A stretch of 64,000 nt of DNA from an uncultured Oligoflexus sp. (lineage in GTDB: Bacteria; Bdellovibrionota_B; Oligoflexia; Oligoflexales; Oligoflexaceae), in assembly GCA_964236955.1 (NCBI GenBank), contig CAXSGP010000006.1:21617-85616 (forward strand). Reading direction: 5' to 3'. This document shows positions 57,995-64,000 of the stretch, piece after piece. Made by a program: the position numbers and the translations under genes. The number at the start of each line of letters is the position of its first letter. The first letter of the stretch is position 1. Below the pieces are notes generated by a model, which saw nothing but the letters and a program-made list of their open reading frames with translations, was not told the origin of the DNA and did not search any database.

Positions 57995-58540
57995 CTACCG
58001 GCTTTGCTGGAAGATGCCCTGAATTCTCAGCAGCGTTTCATCCACCATCGCCTTTTCGACCACCAGCAGCTCGTCGTCACTAAAATTTGCCAAAACCCAA
58101 TCGGCGACATCCATCTGGGCTTTATCACCCGTCGGCTTGCCAACGCCCAGTTTCAAACGAGCAAAGTCTTCCGACCCTAACTCGGATATGGCGCTACGAA
58201 TGCCATTATGGCCACCTGCTCCACCACCCATCCTTGCCTTGACTTTTCCGAATGGAACATCGACATCGTCATGAAGGATGAGCACATCGTCGGTCTCGAG
58301 CTTAAAGAAACGGCAGGCTTGCGCGACCGATCGTCCGCTGAGATTCATGAAGGTTTGTGGCTTTAAAAGAAGGCAATCTTCTCCCAGCAAACGCATGCGA
58401 CCAAATTCGGAATCAAATTTCTTGCCTTGCCAACCAGTCTTGTGACGCAGAAGAATTTGATCGAGTATTATAAATCCGGCATTGTGGCGATTTGTCTTGT
58501 ACTTGCTACCTGGATTACCCAGCCCGACAATCAGCTTCAA
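57995..58540 (-). CDS. pth: Peptidyl-tRNA hydrolase
   Basis: LIVGLGNPG, RHNAGF, KPQTFMNLSG, HDD, GGHNG; TTG start after GAGGTG. Confidence 0.96.
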   Translation of the reverse strand: MKLIVGLGNPGSKYKTNRHNAGFIILDQILLRHKTGWQGKKFDSEFGRMRLLGEDCLLLKPQTFMNLSGRSVAQACRFFKLETDDVLILHDDVDVPFGKVKARMGGGAGGHNGIRSAISELGSEDFARLKLGVGKPTGDKAQMDVADWVLANFSDDELLVVEKAMVDETLLRIQGIFQQSR

Positions 58541-58556
58541 TTCGCCACCTCGACCT

Positions 58557-58841
58557 TCAGACGAGGATAAGGTCAACGTGCAGGGCCACGCGCTTGACCG
58601 GATCCAGTTGCAGCTCGTGGATCTTGGCTTTTTGCACTTTACCGCCAAAATCAAGGTTAAAAACGCGGCCTTCCGCTGTATAGGCTTTGTGCAGCCATTT
58701 CGGATCGAGTTGAAGATTGGTGTTGCCAGCTTTCGCGAGGATAACGGCAGGGATTTGGCTTTCGCGGCGCATTTTGCGAGCTTGGCTTTTTCCACCTGGT
58801 ACACGAGGGGTAGCGGCAATCGTAATTAATTCTTGTGACAT
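58557..58841 (-). CDS. rplY: 50S ribosomal protein L25, short form
   Basis: GKSQARKMRRESQIPAVI, ELQLDPV....HVDL; located between prs and pth. Confidence 0.9.
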   Translation of the reverse strand: MSQELITIAATPRVPGGKSQARKMRRESQIPAVILAKAGNTNLQLDPKWLHKAYTAEGRVFNLDFGGKVQKAKIHELQLDPVKRVALHVDLILV

Positions 58842-59032
58842 GACTTACTCTCCTTATATCACCCCTAAATCGAACATGCTGGTCAGGATGATAAGGCTGC
58901 AGAATGCATCTGCGGCTATCAAGGGGTGGATAGTCCACGCATGAGCATAGGGTTATATAGGGAAGTTTTCCGCCTGGCAAGTGGCTTGTCACAGCCCTCT
59001 TTTCGGATTTTGTAATAAAGGAGGCCCGTCCG

Positions 59033-59968
59033 TTATACAAAAAGATTGCTGATAGACCCGGAGGTGTGTATGCGCCGGATGGCCTTAGCAAGGAGTTCCC
59101 CTACGCTCAATTGGACGATTTTTGAGCAATTTTTTGCGGCAACGGAAAGGGGAATACTGTCGGTTACCACTAATTCTTTCAATACGGATTTGGAAATACG
59201 CTCAATTGCCGGTCCGCTAAGAACAGCATGGGTGATCGCCGCACTTACCGATTTGGCACCATTTTCCATCAAAGCTTCCGCAGTTTTACAAAGCGAGCCG
59301 CCTGTATCACAGATGTCATCAATAATCAGGCAATTTTTGCCTTTCACATCGCCGATAACGTTCATCACATCACTTTCGTTGGGGCGATCACGGCGTTTAT
59401 CGACGATGGCCAAGCCACATTCATAGTATTTGGCCATGGCCCGGGCGCGTTCCACCCCTCCGGCATCAGGCGAAACGACAAGAAGTTCCTCCTGCCCCTG
59501 AAAGTAGGGGCCAAAAATTGGTTTTGAGAAAAGATGGTCAACTGGAATATTGAAGAAACCCTGAATCGCCGAGGTATGAAGTTCCATAACCAAAAGGCGA
59601 TCAATGCCAGAGACAGTGAATAGATCGGCGATCAATTTGGCTGTAATGGGAGTACGGGGGGCGCTCTTGCGCTCCTGGCGAGCATAACCAAAATAAGGAC
59701 ATACTAAAGTGATGCGGCGAGCCGAAGCCCGACGACAGGCATCGACCATGACGAGCGCTTCCAAGATATTATCATTGGCTGGCGCACAGGTTGGCTGAAT
59801 AATAAAGACATCTTTACCGCGCACATTATCCTGAATCTCAACTCGAATCTCGCCATCTGAAAAACGATCCACCCGGGCAGCGCCGGAAGGCATATCGAGA
59901 TGCTGACAAATTTTCTTAGAGAGCTCTTGGTTACCATTTCCAGAGAATACTATGATGTCACTGTCCAT
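59033..59968 (-). CDS. prs: Ribose-phosphate pyrophosphokinase
   Basis: FSDGEI, VRGKDV, PYFGYARQ, VSPDAGGVERA, DKRR, DDICDTGGS. Confidence 0.97.
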   Translation of the reverse strand: MDSDIIVFSGNGNQELSKKICQHLDMPSGAARVDRFSDGEIRVEIQDNVRGKDVFIIQPTCAPANDNILEALVMVDACRRASARRITLVCPYFGYARQERKSAPRTPITAKLIADLFTVSGIDRLLVMELHTSAIQGFFNIPVDHLFSKPIFGPYFQGQEELLVVSPDAGGVERARAMAKYYECGLAIVDKRRDRPNESDVMNVIGDVKGKNCLIIDDICDTGGSLCKTAEALMENGAKSVSAAITHAVLSGPAIERISKSVLKELVVTDSIPLSVAAKNCSKIVQLSVGELLAKAIRRIHTSGSISNLFV

Positions 59969-60122
59969 CTCTTGGCCCCTTGCGTAGGTTCGAAAAATTT
60001 CAAATGAATGCTGAATTCTTAAAAAAAGAGCCGAAAGACCTTCGTTCAAAAGAAAAGGTCTTTTCCCCTAGAGGGAATACTATTTTTTGCATGGAAATAG
60101 GAGAAGAAAAACAAGGATGGAG

Positions 60123-60197
60123 TGGCTGGGGCGGTAGGATTCGAACCTACGAATGCTGGAATCAAAATCCAGAGACTTACCACTTGTCGACGCCCCA
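60123..60197 (-). tRNA. tRNA-Gln (TTG)
   Basis: TGGGGCG/CGCCCCA acceptor, CTGGA-TTTTGAT-TCCAG anticodon arm, TTCGAAT T-loop, GCCA end. Confidence 0.96.
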
Positions 60198-60278
60198 GTT
60201 AGAATGAATTGTCATCCTCAATGGGACCTAAACCTACCGCAGGAATTCATACGTCGTCAAGTGCCAAACGAATTTTTT

Positions 60279-62948
60279 TTAGGCCCGCGCAGCTGGCAGT
60301 AGCAAAGTGGTTCCTTGACCACCCTTCCACTCAAAGCCAGCCTCTGCCGACCAGTCAAGTAACCATACACCTTGGGGGGGAAGGAGCTCCGTCAATAGCC
60401 TATCAGACACTGCGTCCACCACACCGCGTTGAAAGATGCGTTTTAATTCCCGTCCAGCAAAAGCAGTCTTCAGCACATTGTTGATGATGTCGGTCCGCAG
60501 CCCCCGGCCGATCTCAATGCGGAGCTGGCGCTGCGACAGGCGGTTGTTGAGCGTCGCCAGCTCACGATTGAGAAGATGATCATAATTTTCCGCGCCGAGT
60601 TTTGAGAAGCTGACGATCTCGTCGATTCTATTGATCAACTCGGGTCGCATAAAGTCGATCAGCTGCTGCCTAAGATAGCGGTCCGCTTCGTCGGCCTTGA
60701 CACCTTGCATGGGAATTTGCGTGTTCGATGTTAAAATGAAAATGCAGCGCTTAAAATCAGCCGGCCGACCCTGCCCGTCCGTGAGGCGCCCTTCATCGAG
60801 AATCTGCAGCAAAAGATCGAGAATGCGGGGATGGGCTTTGTCGATTTCATCGAGGAGAACGAGAGAAAAAGGATGATGCCGCACGGCATCGGTGAGCACA
60901 CCACCCGCTTCATAGCCAGCATATCCCGGCGGGGCACCGATCAATCGCGAGACGTGATGAGCCTCGCCGAATTCGCTCATGTCGATACGAATCAGATTAT
61001 CCGTCCGAATGAAAACCCGCTCGGCCAAGGCTTTAGCGGTTTCCGTTTTACCGACCCCGGTGGGGCCGAGAAACAAAAACACGCCCGATGGTTTGCCGGG
61101 ATCAGTAAGCCCCAGTCGCGCTCGCTTTACAGCGCGCGCAAGGACTTCGATCGCCTGCCCCTGACCGGTAACTTTTTGATTGAGATAGCCTTCCAGATCC
61201 CGTAAGCGGTCTTTTTCCTCGGCCATCAGCTGGCCAACGGGAATTCCCGTCCAGCGCCCGAGGACAAAAGCCACATCCTCGGCGTCCACCTGCTGGGCGG
61301 AAAAGCCCTGAAAACGCTCGGTCTCAAGGAGTTTCTTTTTAATGGCAGCCATCTTTGTGCTGAGTTTTGGCATTTCATCGAATTGGATACGGCCAGCCAG
61401 CTCAAAATTACCGGAATTCTTGCTGGCCTCGAGTATGCTCAGCCGCTCCTCCCAGAGCTGCTCAAGATGCCGATACTCGGTAAGGGATTGCTGATGGGCG
61501 CGCCAGGCATTTTCAAGTTGGGTGCAAGCGGCACTGACCTTTTCGAGTTTGACCTTAATGATGGCCAGCTCACGGACGTTAAGCTTTTGTTTTTCGAGGA
61601 GCTGCTGCTCCATCTTCAATTGCGCTGCTTGCGCCTGCAGCTGTTCGAGTTCGGCGGGAACACTCAAGAGTTTGAGTTTAAGATGGGCGCATGCTTCGTC
61701 TAAAAGATCGATCGCCTTGTCGGGTAATTGTCGATGCGGGAGATAAAGGATCGACATATCCACCGCCACTCGCAGCGCACTGTCGCTGATGGGAATACCG
61801 TGGTGAATTTCGTATTTTTGTTTTAAGCCACGGAGGATGGAAAGACAGGAGTCACGATCCGGCTCCCCGACCATAACGGGTTGAAAGCGCCGCTCGAGGG
61901 CCGCATCTTTTTCAAAGTATTGACGAAACTCCGTAAGAGTTGTGGCGCCCATGCAGCGCAACTGGCCGCGCGCCAACGCCGGCTTTAAAAGGTTGGCTGC
62001 GTCGGCCCCCCCTTCCGCATGACCCGCTCCAAGAATCGAATGGATTTCATCGATAAAGATGATCGCCTTGTCGCCAAGTTCCTCGAGAGCTTGAATGAGC
62101 TGCTTGAGCCTTTGCTCGAATTCACCTCGATATTTGGTGCCAGCAATCAAGGCGCCAAGATCGAGTGAAAGAACCCGGACACCACGCATGTTGTCGGGAA
62201 TACGCTCTTCGGCGATGCGCAAGGCCAGGCCTTCGGCAATGGCAGTTTTACCGACGCCGGGCTCGCCGAGAAGGATGGGATTGTTCTTCTTCTTACGGCC
62301 AAGAATCTCCAGGACATGACGGATTTCCTCATCACGGCCGATGACGGGATCGATCTTGCCTTCGCTTGCGAGCTGGGTGAGGTCGATCGTGAATTCCCGC
62401 AGACGTTTGTCGTCGGCCTCATGGAGCTTTCGACCGCTCGATCCGCTGGTTTTCCCGACCTCCTTAGCTGGGGCTGCCTGCGGATCCCCCTTTTTTTCGG
62501 GACTGGCCTTATAGATGCCACGTTTTGGAATCTCGACTTTTTCTGCAGCCGGAATATTCCAACGCTGAAAATCTTTGGTCTGATCGTCTTCAGTTTCTTT
62601 GAGGTGCCGGCGCAGCGTTTCGGAGAAGGGCAAAAATCCCTGCCACATTTCATCGATTTCTATAAGCCGACCTTTGATCGCTTTTTCAAGACTATCAAGG
62701 GCTTTGTTGAGGCGGGGGCCAAAAGCGACGGTGACCTGTCCAAAGCGTCTTGGAAATTCATCCAAAAAGACTTCCAGACCCTTTTCCACAGCAGCATGAG
62801 ACGCCGGCTCGAGGCGGCTGAAGTCTCGGCGGATCAGCGCCAGTGCCACGTGTTCGACTTCGAGATAATCGTGACCAAGGCCCTTGGCATAACGCAGGCC
62901 GTAGTGCAAAACGGCCTGACATTCGTAGCTATATCTTGAGACATCCAT
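60279..62948 (-). CDS. ClpB-like class I Clp/Hsp100 AAA+ ATPase (divergent)
   Basis: [45 protein letters not shown], coiled-coil M domain, [17 protein letters not shown]. Confidence 0.9.
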   Translation of the reverse strand: MDVSRYSYECQAVLHYGLRYAKGLGHDYLEVEHVALALIRRDFSRLEPASHAAVEKGLEVFLDEFPRRFGQVTVAFGPRLNKALDSLEKAIKGRLIEIDEMWQGFLPFSETLRRHLKETEDDQTKDFQRWNIPAAEKVEIPKRGIYKASPEKKGDPQAAPAKEVGKTSGSSGRKLHEADDKRLREFTIDLTQLASEGKIDPVIGRDEEIRHVLEILGRKKKNNPILLGEPGVGKTAIAEGLALRIAEERIPDNMRGVRVLSLDLGALIAGTKYRGEFEQRLKQLIQALEELGDKAIIFIDEIHSILGAGHAEGGADAANLLKPALARGQLRCMGATTLTEFRQYFEKDAALERRFQPVMVGEPDRDSCLSILRGLKQKYEIHHGIPISDSALRVAVDMSILYLPHRQLPDKAIDLLDEACAHLKLKLLSVPAELEQLQAQAAQLKMEQQLLEKQKLNVRELAIIKVKLEKVSAACTQLENAWRAHQQSLTEYRHLEQLWEERLSILEASKNSGNFELAGRIQFDEMPKLSTKMAAIKKKLLETERFQGFSAQQVDAEDVAFVLGRWTGIPVGQLMAEEKDRLRDLEGYLNQKVTGQGQAIEVLARAVKRARLGLTDPGKPSGVFLFLGPTGVGKTETAKALAERVFIRTDNLIRIDMSEFGEAHHVSRLIGAPPGYAGYEAGGVLTDAVRHHPFSLVLLDEIDKAHPRILDLLLQILDEGRLTDGQGRPADFKRCIFILTSNTQIPMQGVKADEADRYLRQQLIDFMRPELINRIDEIVSFSKLGAENYDHLLNRELATLNNRLSQRQLRIEIGRGLRTDIINNVLKTAFAGRELKRIFQRGVVDAVSDRLLTELLPPQGVWLLDWSAEAGFEWKGGQGTTLLLPAARA

Positions 62949-62995
62949 ACGCCATCCTCCGCAGTAGCGTATGTATCGGTATGCCTTGAGTATTC

Positions 62996-63253
62996 TTAAG
63001 CCTTATTGAGATTGACGACTTCCACAAATTTGGCTTTCAGATCAAAAACAACTTCTTCGATAAGGGTTATCTCTTCGTTGCTGAGATTGCCCTTGGTTTT
63101 TTCTCGAAGCATCTCAATGATATCTATGTTTTGACGCGCCAAAATCAAGTTTTTACCAATGGAGCCATCGTTATAACCTAAATAGGATAGGGCAGCAGAG
63201 CATAGGCCTAAGATAAGTCCTGAAAAATCTACACTTGCCTTGTCGGATTCCAT
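62996..63253 (-). CDS. DUF1844-like protein
   Basis: F..LIL.L..AAL..LG...NL.LARQNIDIIEMLREKTKGNLS.EE. Confidence 0.85.
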   Translation of the reverse strand: MESDKASVDFSGLILGLCSAALSYLGYNDGSIGKNLILARQNIDIIEMLREKTKGNLSNEEITLIEEVVFDLKAKFVEVVNLNKA

Positions 63254-63492
63254 GGGTCCCTCGCAGAAAACTGAGATAACGGCAAACCAGCGCCTATACT
63301 AGCGTGAAGCAGCTGAGGGATGCAACTTGCCGAGGGGCCTCCCCCCGACGCATCAAATCGACACCCAAAAAAAGGGAGGGCATGACCTTCAGAATTGACA
63401 AAAGGAAATGCAACAGGCAAATCTATCTTTCTCAATTTGATCCGTGGTCATACGAATCAGGAGAGGTCCTTGCCTGCCCAGGGCAAGAATAT

Positions 63493-63574
63493 GGGGTTGT
63501 GGTGAAATTGGTAGACACACCGGTCTTAGAAGCCGGCGCCGCAAGGCATCGCAGTTCAAGTCTGCGCAGCCCCA
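63493..63574 (+). tRNA. tRNA-Leu (TAG), CCA not encoded
   Basis: GGGGTTG/CAGCCCC acceptor, CCGGT-CTTAGAA-GCCGG anticodon arm, long variable arm, TTCAAGT T-loop; followed by A-CTT. Confidence 0.94.
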
Positions 63575-64000
63575 CTTTATTGAAATGATAGATCTTTCCA
63601 GATTCTTCACGTCAGCTTATTTGGTAGTCCGTTCGATCCATTTTTGGTAGCACGCACCTACTACCTAACTCTTACTTGACGTACAAATTCCAATAATTAT
63701 TTTGCTGCTCGAAGCCCGACAATCTTTGCTTCGGCCACTTCCACCTCGGATTGGCGACCCTAAATCCATCCTAAAAATTACGTTGTATTTTTCAAGATAT
63801 GCCACGAACAGATCGACTTTTTTTCCTGGCGGCATGCGCACGTAAAGACCTATTTTATTTCCTGGAAATCCTTTTTTTCGCAGACTGAATAGAGGGTATT
63901 TGTAACTTTTCCTTCTTGTGTATAAGAAGAATTAATTGCATCGCATTCTTCTTTAAACTTTAAATCAATTCTCCTTTTTTTGAACCAAAAGAAGAAAACA
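63575..64000. mobile_element. Probable left edge of a genomic island integrated at tRNA-Leu(TAG)
   Basis: Abrupt shift to AT-rich sequence, short TTGGTAG repeats next to the tRNA 3' end, no terminator hairpin seen; integrase not visible. Confidence 0.45.

Noticed and set aside
57995..58819. 274-aa ORF suggesting an N-terminally extended or L25-fused Pth
   Set aside because: The extension overlaps rplY in another frame; Pth homology starts at the TTG at 58540, which has its own SD
60279..62948. ClpV/TssH of a type VI secretion system
   Set aside because: No T6SS genes nearby and a ClpB-like M domain is present
63281..63354. GGCAAACC...GGGATGCAA resembling a c-di-GMP-I riboswitch
   Set aside because: No GNRA-capped P2 or convincing P3, and it points toward a tRNA rather than a CDS
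1..64000. CRISPR arrays, rRNA, IS elements, prophage genes
   Set aside because: No regularly spaced repeats, rRNA-like stretches, or transposase, integrase or phage structural motifs seen

Overview
Core-genome window of a Gram-negative bacterium. Gene content and order (pilB-pilT-pilC, GldA/F/G-DUF4340 ABC module, DUF1844, tRNA-Gln-prs-rplY-pth, kdsA) suggest a former deltaproteobacterium, plausibly Bdellovibrionota/Oligoflexia; this is inference, not a database result. About 70 CDSs and four tRNAs (Phe-GAA, Leu-GAG, Gln-TTG, Leu-TAG) are supported. Housekeeping genes include gpsA, ihfA, kdsA, secG, queG, aroE, ribF, ppk1, ppx, holA, map, cyoE, rnhB, rplS, gltA, hutH, rpe, def, lon, grpE, dnaB, rplI, rpsF, pth, rplY, prs and a ClpB-like ATPase. 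No CRISPR array, rRNA, transposase or integrase is visible. The most unusual stretch is 35.4-44.9 kb, a concentration of familiar folds that have lost key residues: two pseudo-receivers, an SxxC thioredoxin, a hemerythrin-like protein missing iron ligands and an A-type Fe-S carrier without its CGC motif. It also holds DnaD-like and UvsY-like small proteins and a coupled pair of unknown genes with a zincin-like motif. Other points: a probable CTG start for queG, an unannotated 46-aa membrane protein upstream of cyoE, a GHMP kinase overlapping a lytic transglycosylase, a J-less DnaJ fragment behind grpE, rpsF-rplI without rpsR, several structured leaders, and a probable island junction at the final tRNA-Leu. 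I cannot demonstrate a complete novel system from sequence alone; the candidates are ranked in the findings.
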